64,000 bases of DNA from an uncultured Caldilineaceae bacterium (lineage in GTDB: Bacteria; Chloroflexota; Anaerolineae; 4572-78; J111), in the NCBI GenBank assembly GCA_964517605.1, contig CAZFCE010000016.1, forward strand, positions 18,900 to 82,899. Direction: 5' to 3'. Each line of letters opens with the position of its first letter. The stretch's first letter is position 1. The notes beneath the pieces were generated by a model, which made no database searches, had not been told where the DNA came from, and saw nothing but the letters and a program-made list of their open reading frames with translations. Of the stretch, positions 45,493 to 54,610 are shown piece after piece. A program made the position numbers and the translations under genes.

Positions 45493-46575
45493 ATGGTCAA
45501 AAAGAAAAAAAATCGTCGCGGGATAGACCGCCGGATACTGATTTTTGTATCAATTGCCCCGGTGGGGTGTTTGCTGGCCTTGTTGTTTGGGTTGGTGTTA
45601 GCCTGGTATCTGTTTCCCACCCGATTTGTGAATGCCCGGGTTTCGGATTTGTCACCGCAACACGCCGACGAAGTGGTTATTATGGCGGCGGCGGATTTTG
45701 CCAAAAACAAAGACATCAAACGGGCCGATGAAATTCTTGGCCAGCTCAATGTGCCCAACAAACCCCAGTTTGTGTCGCTGGTTGCCGAACGGATGATTCG
45801 CACCAACCGTGGCCCGGTTGACGATGATATAAAAGAAGTAGTACAACTGGCCGATGCGTTGGGAGTGAGCACCGTTTCTATGGTGGCCTATGTTTCAACG
45901 CCCACGCCCACCTTTACCCCGGTCCCACCCACACCCACCGCTACCAGCACCATCCCGCCCACTCCCACCGATACACCCACGCCCCCCGTTCCTACGCCCA
46001 CGGCCACTCCGGTAGCCACCGATACGCCGGTGCCGGTAGTTAACACGCCCGTGCGGAATACGCCCACCCCGGCTCCGCCCACCGACACGCCCACACCTGC
46101 CGCCACCGCTACACCCTCGGTTGATTTTGTTATTACTAAACAGCGGTTGTTGACCAAACAGGAAAACGGCGGCTGCGCCGGGAATCATAATATTTTTGTG
46201 GATGTTATTGACGCCAAAGGCAACCCCATCAAAGGGGTGCAACTTGGCGATGCCTGGAATAACCCCGGCCCGGTGACCGGCCACAAAGGGGATAACCTGC
46301 CCGGCCACGCCGAGTACGACCTGTACAAAAACGGCGGTTTTATGATCTTGGTAAAATCCGATCCCACCGCCGGACGCCCCGTAACCAGCCAAACCTCCGA
46401 ATTGCTCAGTTCCGATGACTGGAAAATCGGGATTCCCAGATTGATTGAAGCCGGTTACTGCCCCGACGAAGCCACCTGCAAAGTGTTATGGAACAGCGGC
46501 GTGTTTGGCGTTGGCAACAACTCGATTTGCTGGGGGCACTATTCCTGGGAAGTGGTGTTCCAAAGAACCTGGTAA
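45493..46575 (+). CDS. Paralogue 1 of an unassigned family: TM anchor + helical juxtamembrane domain + Pro/Thr linker + Cys-containing C-terminal domain
   Basis: TM ILIFVSIAPVGCLLALLFGLVLAWYLF. Helical domain ...AAADFAKNKDIKRADEILGQL...VVQLADALGVST. PT-rich 135-215. C-terminal domain VDFVITKQ...GGCAGNHNIFVDVIDAKGNPIKGV...CWGHYSWEVVFQRTW. Confidence 0.8.
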   Translation: MVKKKKNRRGIDRRILIFVSIAPVGCLLALLFGLVLAWYLFPTRFVNARVSDLSPQHADEVVIMAAADFAKNKDIKRADEILGQLNVPNKPQFVSLVAERMIRTNRGPVDDDIKEVVQLADALGVSTVSMVAYVSTPTPTFTPVPPTPTATSTIPPTPTDTPTPPVPTPTATPVATDTPVPVVNTPVRNTPTPAPPTDTPTPAATATPSVDFVITKQRLLTKQENGGCAGNHNIFVDVIDAKGNPIKGVQLGDAWNNPGPVTGHKGDNLPGHAEYDLYKNGGFMILVKSDPTAGRPVTSQTSELLSSDDWKIGIPRLIEAGYCPDEATCKVLWNSGVFGVGNNSICWGHYSWEVVFQRTW

Positions 46576-46602
46576 CAGGCTTTTGTTAGGAAAATCGGGA
46601 TA

Positions 46603-47655
46603 ATGCAAAATTTAAATTCCAAAATGATGATAATTATAGCGGCGGTAGTAGTGCCCGTTTTTTGCGTGGCCTTGATGATAGCCGGTGGGTTGGTCGGTTT
46701 TTTGGCTACCTCGTCCATTTCAGCCGCCGATACTGTTCCGTTTAATGGGCGCAGCCAGGAAGAAGTCGAGGCTGAAATTCTGAATATTGCCGCTGACTAC
46801 GCTAACACCTCGGATTTGGAAGCGGTGCACGCCCGGTTAACGGAACTGCATATTCCCAACGAAGCCCAATACATCTCCTTTATGGTAGATCGCTATATTC
46901 AAGAGAGGCGCGGGGCCGAAGATGCCGACACCAAAAACCTGTTTGGGTTGGCCCAGGCGTTGGGTTCCAGCACCAAATCAATGGTGTTGGCTTTAACCAC
47001 GCCCACGTTTACGCCCACGCCCACCCTCCCGCCTACTTCAACCCCAACTCCGCCGCCCACGGCTACACCCGTTCCTACCGAACCGCCCACTAACACGCCC
47101 ACGCCGGTGGTTCCCACCGATACGCCCGCTCCGGCGGCCACGGATACCCCGGTTCCGGCGGTAGCCAAAGTAGCGGCTCCGCCCACCAACACGCCCGAAC
47201 CCACCGCCACTCCGGAACCTACCAAACCGGCGGTAGATTTTGCCGTTGCCCAGGCTCTTATGGTACCCAACCCGGCTTACGGTAGTTGCCCCGGTTTGCA
47301 CAACATTTTTGTGACAGTGGTTGACGCCGCCGGCAACCCCCTCAATGGCGTAACGGTTGAAGATACCTTTAAAGCCGCGCCGCCGCATACTGCTGGCGAT
47401 AAAGGCCCCGGCAAACTGGAATATGATTTGTGGGATAACGGCTTTTCGTTGCAAGTAACCAAAAAAGCCGATGGTTCTCCGGCTACCAGTGAGCAAACCC
47501 CCAAACTCAGTTCCTGGGATGAAGACATCCCCAACGAATGGCTGATTCAGGCCAACTATTGCAAAGACATGGCCGACTGTGTTGAACGCAAAGGCCACAA
47601 TCAATTGTGCCGTGGCCATTATTCTTATCAGGTTATATTTAAACAAACTTACTAA
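46603..47655 (+). CDS. Paralogue 2 of the same family
   Basis: TM MMIIIAAVVVPVFCVALMIAGGLVGFL. Helical domain ...NIAADYANTSDLEAVHARLTEL...LFGLAQALGSST. PT linker. C-terminal domain VDFAVAQ...GSCPGLHNIFVTVVDAAGNPLNGV...CRGHYSYQVIFKQTY. Confidence 0.8.
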   Translation: MQNLNSKMMIIIAAVVVPVFCVALMIAGGLVGFLATSSISAADTVPFNGRSQEEVEAEILNIAADYANTSDLEAVHARLTELHIPNEAQYISFMVDRYIQERRGAEDADTKNLFGLAQALGSSTKSMVLALTTPTFTPTPTLPPTSTPTPPPTATPVPTEPPTNTPTPVVPTDTPAPAATDTPVPAVAKVAAPPTNTPEPTATPEPTKPAVDFAVAQALMVPNPAYGSCPGLHNIFVTVVDAAGNPLNGVTVEDTFKAAPPHTAGDKGPGKLEYDLWDNGFSLQVTKKADGSPATSEQTPKLSSWDEDIPNEWLIQANYCKDMADCVERKGHNQLCRGHYSYQVIFKQTY

Positions 47656-47670
47656 CCGGGCTAATAATGA

Positions 47671-48795
47671 ATGCACCGGCCAGATCATCAATCTGACCCA
47701 CCGTTAAATGAAAACTCCACTCCGGCCCGGCCCAAAAAACCGGCGCAGAGTGGTTCGGTACAGGTTGGTGACGCACCTTTAACAACCCAAACGCAAGGCG
47801 ACGCCGTTCGCCGCCCGCCGCTTACCCTGCGCAGCACTCCTCCCGGCAAAGGCGACTGGTTGTGGTGGCTGGTCAGTTTTCTCTTTGGAGTTTTGGTTGG
47901 CCTGGTTATGTCGCTGGGCTACGGCTGGATATTAGACCCGCGCCCGCAGCCGGTTACTCCGGCAGATTTACGGGCCGAGGACAAAGCCTTTTACTTGCGC
48001 CTGATTGCGCTGGCTTTTGCCAAAGACGGCAACCTGCAACGAGCGCAGGCCCGGCTCAATACTTTAAATAACCCGTCTGTGGCCGCCTTAACGGAACAGT
48101 ATATTAACCAGGAGCAGGATATTCGTGATATTAAAGCGCTGGTGGCCTTATCCGAGGCGTTGGGGCAAACTTCAAGCGTAATGGCTGCCTTTATTGTCAC
48201 GCCCACGCCACTGCCAACTTCTACCTTTACCCCCGCTCCCACACCCACTCCCCGGCCCACCAAAACACCCACGCCTAAAGCCTCACCAACGGCTACCGTT
48301 ACCAACACGCCTTCTCCCACTCCATCGGCTACACCTACCGCCAGTAACACGCCCACCGGCACCAGTACCCCCACCGTTACCAACACGCCCACAGTTACCC
48401 CTACCCCCACCGCCACCAGTACGCCCACGCCGGGGCCGGATTCGCCGTTTGGCCTGGCCCAATCGGAAATGTTGTGCGAGGCGGGCGATCATCCGGGGAT
48501 ACTCCGGGTGTATGTTCGGGATAGGCTGGGTGTCGGAGTGCCGGGCATCGGCATTGAAGTTACCTGGTCGGGCGGCAAAGACACGTTTTTTACCGGCTTC
48601 AAGCCCGAAATTGATCCCGGTTACGCCGATTTTTACATGTCACCGGCGCAGCGGTACGAGATAACGCTGCTCAACGTAAAAACTGCCGGCGAACTGCCAG
48701 ACATTGATATCAATAACCCATCGCTTTGTACCAACCTGCCCGCAAACACGTTACCATCGTGGCGAGTGGTTTTTCAACAAGGCGTAAAAAGATAG
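47671..48795 (+). CDS. Paralogue 3 (divergent) of the same family, with about 60 aa of extra cytoplasmic N-terminus
   Basis: TM WLWWLVSFLFGVLVGLVMSLGYGW. Helical domain ...LIALAFAKDGNLQRAQARLNTL...LVALSEALGQTSS. PT linker. C-terminal domain LCEAGDHPGILRVYVRDRLGVGVPGI...LPSWRVVFQQGVKR. Confidence 0.75.
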   Translation: MHRPDHQSDPPLNENSTPARPKKPAQSGSVQVGDAPLTTQTQGDAVRRPPLTLRSTPPGKGDWLWWLVSFLFGVLVGLVMSLGYGWILDPRPQPVTPADLRAEDKAFYLRLIALAFAKDGNLQRAQARLNTLNNPSVAALTEQYINQEQDIRDIKALVALSEALGQTSSVMAAFIVTPTPLPTSTFTPAPTPTPRPTKTPTPKASPTATVTNTPSPTPSATPTASNTPTGTSTPTVTNTPTVTPTPTATSTPTPGPDSPFGLAQSEMLCEAGDHPGILRVYVRDRLGVGVPGIGIEVTWSGGKDTFFTGFKPEIDPGYADFYMSPAQRYEITLLNVKTAGELPDIDINNPSLCTNLPANTLPSWRVVFQQGVKR

Positions 48796-48854
48796 GGGGA
48801 ACCGGTTAACCCGCCACCGGCGCGGTTAGCTGCCTGTCTCAACAACTCAACTCA

Positions 48855-48901
48855 TTTTGAACCGGCGTTTTTCTCACCATAAACCCGCCGCCGGTTCAAA
48901 A
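48855..48901. promoter_or_regulatory. 13-bp perfect inverted repeat (ttttgaaccggcg-21 nt-cgccggttcaaaa) abutting the RBS of paralogue 4
   Basis: Arms at 48855-48867 and 48889-48901. The RBS-like gagaagga begins at 48904. Confidence 0.6.
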
Positions 48902-48921
48902 TTGAGAAGGATGGATGTGCG

Positions 48922-51900
48922 TTGAAGGAACAATTTATAAAAAACACGCCGCTTTTTGGCGGTCTAACCGACGATGAACAACGCGCCGTTGGCAAGCGCA
49001 TGCGCCAGGAACAATACGCTTCTGGCGAAACGCTGTTTATAAAAAACACCGAAAGCGACACCCTCTACCTGATTAGTGAGGGCTGGGTTAAGCTTTCAAG
49101 CGATGACCAATCGCCGGTGGTGGCCAATTTAGGCCCCGGCAGCCTGCTGGGCGAAACCGATTTCTTTTCGGGCCGGCCCTACGCCATGACCGCCCGCACC
49201 GCCGGCGAAGTGACGGTTTGGTCGCTGCACCAAACCGATATGGCCAACCTGCTCGAAGAGCGCCCGGAGTTGGGCATCTATTTAGGGCTGGCTTTTGGCC
49301 GGGGGATTGTGCAGTACCAAAACTACCTGGCCGAGCGGCTGGCCGGCATTCCGCTGCTGCAAGATTTATCGGCGCGGGAACGCCGCCTGGTGGCCCAGTA
49401 CCTTTCGCCCCGGCGTTACGCCACGGGAACGGCCATCTACCGCAGCGGCGACGCGGCGGCGGGCTTGTTTTTTCTTGAAAGCGGCCGCATTCACCTGTTG
49501 GGCGACACCGATGAAGATTACACCGAACTGAAAGCCGGCGAAGCCTTTGGCGAAATGGCGGTTATTTCAAACATGCCGCACCCCAATACCGCCCAGGCCG
49601 CCAGCGACGTGATTGTGTGGCAACTCAGCCCCGCCGATTTTGCCGCGTTAACCCGCACCAATCCTTCCATAAAAACCAATTTAAGCCGTAACCTGCGCGC
49701 CCGGTTAAGCGCCACCGATCAATCTTACGCGGTGGCGGTTTTGGGCCGCATTGCCCTGTTTGCCGATTTGCCCCGCGCTGTTCTCACCGATATTGCCCGG
49801 CTGTTATTGTTGCGGCACGTGCCCGCCGGCGAACTCATTTTTAGCCAGGGCGACCCCGGCGACGCGATGTACATTGTAGATAGCGGCGCTGTTACCGCCG
49901 ATTCGCCGCACCAGCCCGGCCAGTTTAAACGCCGCTTAAGCGATGGCGACTACTTTGGCGAAACGGCGCTGCTCACCGGCAAAACCCGCGAATTTACCGC
50001 CCACGCCGCCAACAACACCAATTTGTGGTGCCTGTATCGCACCGATTTTGACAGCCTGCTGGTAAAACACCCGCAAATCAGCGTGGCGCTTAGCCAGGCG
50101 CTCCGCGACCGGCTGGCTGCCGCCGAAGATTACACGCCCGAACCGCACCTGCGCAAAATTGCGGCGGCGGGCGGCCTGTCGCGCACGCAACTCGATGAGC
50201 TTTCGGCCATGCTGCAACCCCGGCGTTACCAGGGCGGCAGCACCATCTACTACGAAGGCGGGGCCAGCGATGAAATGTATTTCATTGAGCGCGGCCAGGT
50301 TGAATTGTGGGCCAACTCGGCGCAGGGGCCGGTTTTGCTGGAAGCTCTGGGTGAAAGCGACTATTTTGGTGAAATGGCCCTGTTTTCGGGCCGATCCCAG
50401 TTGGGAACCGCCTACGCGCTGGTTGATACCCAAATTTGGGCGCTAACCAAACGCGATTTTGACGACTTTTTGAACCGCTACCCCAATTTGGGCGTGATTA
50501 TGAGCCGCATTTTGAGCGAGCGCATGGAGCAAACCATGTCGCAATTGCGCGGCGTGCCGACTCAACGCAGTTTGCCCGCGCCGGGAGCCGGTTCTGTACC
50601 GGCCCGACCCGGTTCGGCCCAATACGCGGTGCCGCCGGTGTATCCGGTTTCAAACCGACCACCCACCACGCCGGTTGCGCCGCCGCCGACCAGCCGCCCG
50701 CTCACGCCGGTCAATCGTCCCCCCGGAGCCATGCCGCCGGTGCGTTTGCGCCCGGTTGGCCCGCCGCCGGGGTCTCGCCCGGTGGCGGCGTTACCGCCCG
50801 GAAATTTGCCAGCCGGCCCCACGCCAGGCCACAGCCAGTTTACCCAACCCATGCCGCCGGTGGCTCCGCCTCCGCCGCCGGTTTCCCGGCCAATGGCGGC
50901 TCCGGGGCCAGCGCCGCAAACCCAGGCCATGCCGGCTGCTGCTCAACCGCTGCCGCCCCAACCCAAACGGGATAAACGCGAGAAAAATAAAAAGAAGAAG
51001 AATACCTCGGCCAAACCGTTGCCCCCGCCGCCGGCTATGGCCGCTTTGCCGCCGCCACCGGCGCAATCCGCCCCCACCGGCGCGGCGCAACCGGCTTCGC
51101 GTTTTGCGGCGGCTCGCTCGTACACCAACCGCAAAATTGAGCGCCAGCGCCGAAGCATTTCGGTGTGGTTTGCCAAACGCACGCTGGGCGCAAAGTTAAG
51201 ATTGCTGGCTATTGCTATCGCTTTAATCTGGGTGTGCGGGATTATGGCCCCATCGTTTATTATTAACGCGCTGGCCTCAACGTTTGCCGATGATGGTGCG
51301 TTGCCCGGCGATGCCCGCAGTCCGCTTGAACAAATGCGCGAAGAGGGAGCAGTTGGCGCGGCGGCGGTGTTGCCGTTTGTGGAAACGGCTACGCCCACGC
51401 CCACCGAAACGCCCACGCGCACGGCCACGCCTACCACTACGCCCACGCCCACCGAAACACCCATTCCCACCAGCACGGCCACGCCCACGTTTACGCCCAC
51501 GCCCACCGAAACGCCGACGCCGGTTTTTACGCCCACGCCCACCGAAACGCCGACCCGGGTTTTTACGCGCGTTCCGCCGACCCCCACCGATACGCCCACA
51601 CCCGAAGCCACGGCCACGCCCGCGGTGGATTACCGGGTAATGAGTATTCGTCAGCTTACGCCGTGTGAAAACGAAGGCAAGCACCATATCTTTATCCAGG
51701 TGCAGGATGCCACCGGCCAGGGGGTTAATGGCGTGCCGGTAAAAATAAAATGGGCCGAAACCAAAGACGGCTCGGTGATTGCCAATACCGAAACCAAGAC
51801 CAACCTCACTGGCCAACCCGAACCCGGCCACATTGACTTTGCCATGTTCAAGGGCAGCTACGTGGTTGAGGTGATGGGCGGATCCAGCGAAGTAACCAAG

Positions 51901-52005
51901 CCGATTACCCCCGACTACGGCACCAACGAATCGTGCGGGCCAAACTCGGTGGCCAACTCGCTGTTCCATCTGTCGTTCCAGGTTATTTTCCGGCGAACCT
52001 ACTAA
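48922..52005 (+). CDS. Paralogue 4: four tandem cyclic-nucleotide-binding (cNMP) domains + Pro-rich region + Lys-rich patch + single TM + Pro/Thr linker + the family C-terminal domain
   Basis: Four repeats of the CAP/cNMP pattern (e.g. [16 protein letters not shown]...[19 protein letters not shown]...LGETDFFSG; FGEMAVIS; FGETALLTG; FGEMALFSG). P-rich region at about aa 550-690, then [47 protein letters not shown] repeats. C-terminal [37 protein letters not shown]...[17 protein letters not shown] start. Confidence 0.8.
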   Translation: MKEQFIKNTPLFGGLTDDEQRAVGKRMRQEQYASGETLFIKNTESDTLYLISEGWVKLSSDDQSPVVANLGPGSLLGETDFFSGRPYAMTARTAGEVTVWSLHQTDMANLLEERPELGIYLGLAFGRGIVQYQNYLAERLAGIPLLQDLSARERRLVAQYLSPRRYATGTAIYRSGDAAAGLFFLESGRIHLLGDTDEDYTELKAGEAFGEMAVISNMPHPNTAQAASDVIVWQLSPADFAALTRTNPSIKTNLSRNLRARLSATDQSYAVAVLGRIALFADLPRAVLTDIARLLLLRHVPAGELIFSQGDPGDAMYIVDSGAVTADSPHQPGQFKRRLSDGDYFGETALLTGKTREFTAHAANNTNLWCLYRTDFDSLLVKHPQISVALSQALRDRLAAAEDYTPEPHLRKIAAAGGLSRTQLDELSAMLQPRRYQGGSTIYYEGGASDEMYFIERGQVELWANSAQGPVLLEALGESDYFGEMALFSGRSQLGTAYALVDTQIWALTKRDFDDFLNRYPNLGVIMSRILSERMEQTMSQLRGVPTQRSLPAPGAGSVPARPGSAQYAVPPVYPVSNRPPTTPVAPPPTSRPLTPVNRPPGAMPPVRLRPVGPPPGSRPVAALPPGNLPAGPTPGHSQFTQPMPPVAPPPPPVSRPMAAPGPAPQTQAMPAAAQPLPPQPKRDKREKNKKKKNTSAKPLPPPPAMAALPPPPAQSAPTGAAQPASRFAAARSYTNRKIERQRRSISVWFAKRTLGAKLRLLAIAIALIWVCGIMAPSFIINALASTFADDGALPGDARSPLEQMREEGAVGAAAVLPFVETATPTPTETPTRTATPTTTPTPTETPIPTSTATPTFTPTPTETPTPVFTPTPTETPTRVFTRVPPTPTDTPTPEATATPAVDYRVMSIRQLTPCENEGKHHIFIQVQDATGQGVNGVPVKIKWAETKDGSVIANTETKTNLTGQPEPGHIDFAMFKGSYVVEVMGGSSEVTKPITPDYGTNESCGPNSVANSLFHLSFQVIFRRTY

Positions 52006-52033
52006 AAAACCGCAAAACCCGGTTTACCAGCCC

Positions 52034-52062
52034 ATCTCCCGGAAGCAGTCAGTCCGGGAGAT
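52034..52062 (+). terminator. Strong rho-independent terminator after the four-paralogue array
   Basis: atctcccgga-agcagtcag-tccgggagat followed by ttttgttt. Confidence 0.85.
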
Positions 52063-52124
52063 TTTTGTTTGCGCCCGGTTTGACGCTATACTATCGGCTT
52101 AAATACCCGCTACAGGAGTAACCC

Positions 52125-52379
52125 ATGACTGTGCCCGCCGATATATTAGCAATTTTACGTTGCCCCTATTGCGTTAGCGGCGATACGCGCAAACCAACCC
52201 CGGACCCCGGCCAACTAAAATTAACCGCCAACGGCTTGTGGCTGGTGTGCCAGGAAGCCGATTGCCGGCGCAAATATCCCATCCGCGAGGGGGTGCCGGT
52301 GATGCTGATTGACGAAGGCAGCAAATGGATGGCCACGTCCGTTGATAACTTGCCCCAACCGGGCAATCTGGTGAGCTAA
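52125..52379 (+). CDS. Trm112/YcaR-family small zinc-ribbon protein
   Basis: ILRCPYCVSG...CRRKYPIREGVPVMLIDE; 84 aa. Confidence 0.8.
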   Translation: MTVPADILAILRCPYCVSGDTRKPTPDPGQLKLTANGLWLVCQEADCRRKYPIREGVPVMLIDEGSKWMATSVDNLPQPGNLVS

Positions 52380-52381
52380 TT

Positions 52382-53722
52382 ATGAACCAACGCCAATACT
52401 TTTTTCTTTTTATTATAACAATGGCGCTGGCGTTGCTGGCGGCGCAGCCGTTGGCCGCGCAGGGCAACATTGAAACCGCCAACGCCAAATGGGAAAGTAA
52501 ATTCAGAGACCACCTCACCTTTACCATTGATGCCAAAAGTTCGGCGCAAATTAAGCAGGCGGAATTGTTTTACCAGATTGTGGGCGAGTTGGCCAGCGTG
52601 CGCAATGCCGCCGAATTTACGCCGGGCACGGCGATTACGGCCAAATTCACCGTTGATCAAACCAAGCCCGAAAATTATGTGCCGCCCGGCACCGAAGTGG
52701 AATACTGGTGGAAATTTGTTGACGCCAACGGCAATCAACTAAAAACCAACAAAGAAAAAATTACGCTGACGGATGAGCGTTACACCTGGCAGCAATTGCA
52801 AAACAACCGGCTAACCCTGTACTGGTATCAAGGCGACCAGAAATTTGGCGAAGCCCTGTTTCAACGGGCCAACGAGGCGCTCGATACCCTCAGCTCCGAT
52901 ATCGGCATAAAAATTGAGCATCCCATTAAAATTTTTATCTACGCCAGCCACACCGATTTGATGGACGCCATTAACGCCACCTCGCCGGAGTGGACCGGCG
53001 GGCAGGCTTTTTCTAAAAACGGGGTGGTGGTGATTGGCATTGAACCCACCGCCGACTCGCTGAAGTGGGGCTTGGGGGCAATGTCGCACGAAATGACGCA
53101 CCTGGTGGTGTACCAGGCCACCGATAGCCCATATGCCCAATTACCGCGCTGGCTTGATGAAGGCATTGCCGTGTACAACGAGGATCGCAACGGCCTGGTG
53201 CAGGATTTTCGGCTGGTGTTCGATCAGGCGGTGGCCAACAACCAGTTGATGACGCTGCGTACCCTGTCTAGCCCGTTCCCCCCCGACCCCAAAGAGGCTA
53301 ATTTGGCTTACGGCCAGAGCGGTTCGGTGGTTAAATTTATTGTGGATACCTATGGCCCCGACGCTATGGCCAAACTGCTCGCCATTTTTTCCCAGGGGGC
53401 TTTGTACGATGAGGCGCTGCAACAAGCCTTGGGCGTAGATACCGATGGGTTGGACAATGCTTTTCGGGCCAGTTTGCACTTGCCGCCGTTGCCCGGCAGC
53501 AAAACCGAAACGGCTCCGGCGGCCAATAGCGCCGGCGCTAAAGCCACCGTTGAGCCGGCGGCCCAACCGCAATCGGGCCTGGGCGAGGTGTCCGGCGCGG
53601 GCAAAGCCGCTCAACCCGAAACCACGCCATCACCGGCGGATAAACTGGCCAAACTGTTGCCCTGTTTGGCCGGAGTGTTGGCTTTGGTTTTTATGGGGGG
53701 GCTGGTGTATGGCCGGCGGTAG
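52382..53722 (+). CDS. Secreted/membrane-tethered zinc metallopeptidase (peptidase MA-like, HExxH)
   Basis: Signal peptide FFLFIITMALALLAAQPLAAQG, HEMTHLV plus downstream WLDEGIAVY (third ligand Glu), and C-terminal TM LLPCLAGVLALVFMGGLVYGRR. Confidence 0.75.
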   Translation: MNQRQYFFLFIITMALALLAAQPLAAQGNIETANAKWESKFRDHLTFTIDAKSSAQIKQAELFYQIVGELASVRNAAEFTPGTAITAKFTVDQTKPENYVPPGTEVEYWWKFVDANGNQLKTNKEKITLTDERYTWQQLQNNRLTLYWYQGDQKFGEALFQRANEALDTLSSDIGIKIEHPIKIFIYASHTDLMDAINATSPEWTGGQAFSKNGVVVIGIEPTADSLKWGLGAMSHEMTHLVVYQATDSPYAQLPRWLDEGIAVYNEDRNGLVQDFRLVFDQAVANNQLMTLRTLSSPFPPDPKEANLAYGQSGSVVKFIVDTYGPDAMAKLLAIFSQGALYDEALQQALGVDTDGLDNAFRASLHLPPLPGSKTETAPAANSAGAKATVEPAAQPQSGLGEVSGAGKAAQPETTPSPADKLAKLLPCLAGVLALVFMGGLVYGRR

Positions 53723-53737
53723 GTTTAACCGCCCGAC

Positions 53738-54421
53738 TCAATCATAATCGCCGTCTTGCCAGCCGTGTTCGCCCAGCAGCGGCACAAAAGCCACCGGAGC
53801 CAACCGGGTGGTGGTAAAATTGTCGTCGTGGCGTTCCAGGCACAATAAATCCTGATATCCTCTGGGGCCAACTGGCACAATCAGTTTGGCCCCATTTTTT
53901 AATTGCGGCAACAGCGGCGCGGGCACTTCGGGCGCGGCGGCTGTAACAATAATACCATCGTAGGGGCCGTGTTCCGGCCAACCGTAGCCGCCATCGCTAA
54001 CTTTTATCTCCACATTGAAGATTTCCAGCGCCAGCAGCGTTTGCCGGGCCTGTTTGGCCAGCGGCACCAGGCGTTCCACGCTGTAAACCTGGGCCACCAA
54101 CTGGCTGAGAATTGCGGCCTGATAGCCCGAACCGGTGCCAATTTCCAGCACCACCGCCGAGCCATCCGCCGGCAGCGCCAACGCCTGCGTCATAAAAGCA
54201 ACAATATAAGGCTGAGAAATAGTTTGCCCGTGGCCAATGGGCAGGGGGCGGTCTTTGTAGGCAGAATTGAGCAATTCCTGGCCAACAAAGCAATGGCGGG
54301 GAATTTTACCCATTGCTTTGAGCACATGCGGGTCAGAAATATCTCGCCGGGCCAGTTGGTACGTTACCATATCGGCCCGTTCTTGCTCCAGGTCCGGTTT
54401 TTGACCAGGCATAGTCACCAC
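53738..54421 (-). CDS. pcm: Protein-L-isoaspartate O-methyltransferase
   Basis: GHGQTISQPYIVAFMTQAL, VLEIGTGSGYQAAILS, and DGIIVTAAAPEVP. Confidence 0.9.
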   Translation of the reverse strand: MVTMPGQKPDLEQERADMVTYQLARRDISDPHVLKAMGKIPRHCFVGQELLNSAYKDRPLPIGHGQTISQPYIVAFMTQALALPADGSAVVLEIGTGSGYQAAILSQLVAQVYSVERLVPLAKQARQTLLALEIFNVEIKVSDGGYGWPEHGPYDGIIVTAAAPEVPAPLLPQLKNGAKLIVPVGPRGYQDLLCLERHDDNFTTTRLAPVAFVPLLGEHGWQDGDYD

Positions 54422-54610
54422 CTTATTTATTATTTAAGCACACTCCGGCTTGATTAGCAAGCGGATTTTTAGCCTGATTTTTAGCGCAAAACGCTTTTTT
54501 TGTTGGCCGTCATCATTCGTGTTATACTTTTGAGCTGTTATCTTACAGTTTATTGGTTCAATTGTCTGCAAGCCGCCGGGTTTGCAGATTTGTTTTTAGG
54601 AGTTTTAATT

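Noticed and set aside
45888-46392. Gly/Val-rich antisense ORFs across the Pro/Thr linkers (also 46899-47270, 47991-48428, 50943-51617, 51277-51969)
   Set aside because: They are reverse-complement artefacts of ACN/CCN-rich linker coding (GTG/GGT codons). They have no starts with an RBS and are fully nested in better-supported genes.
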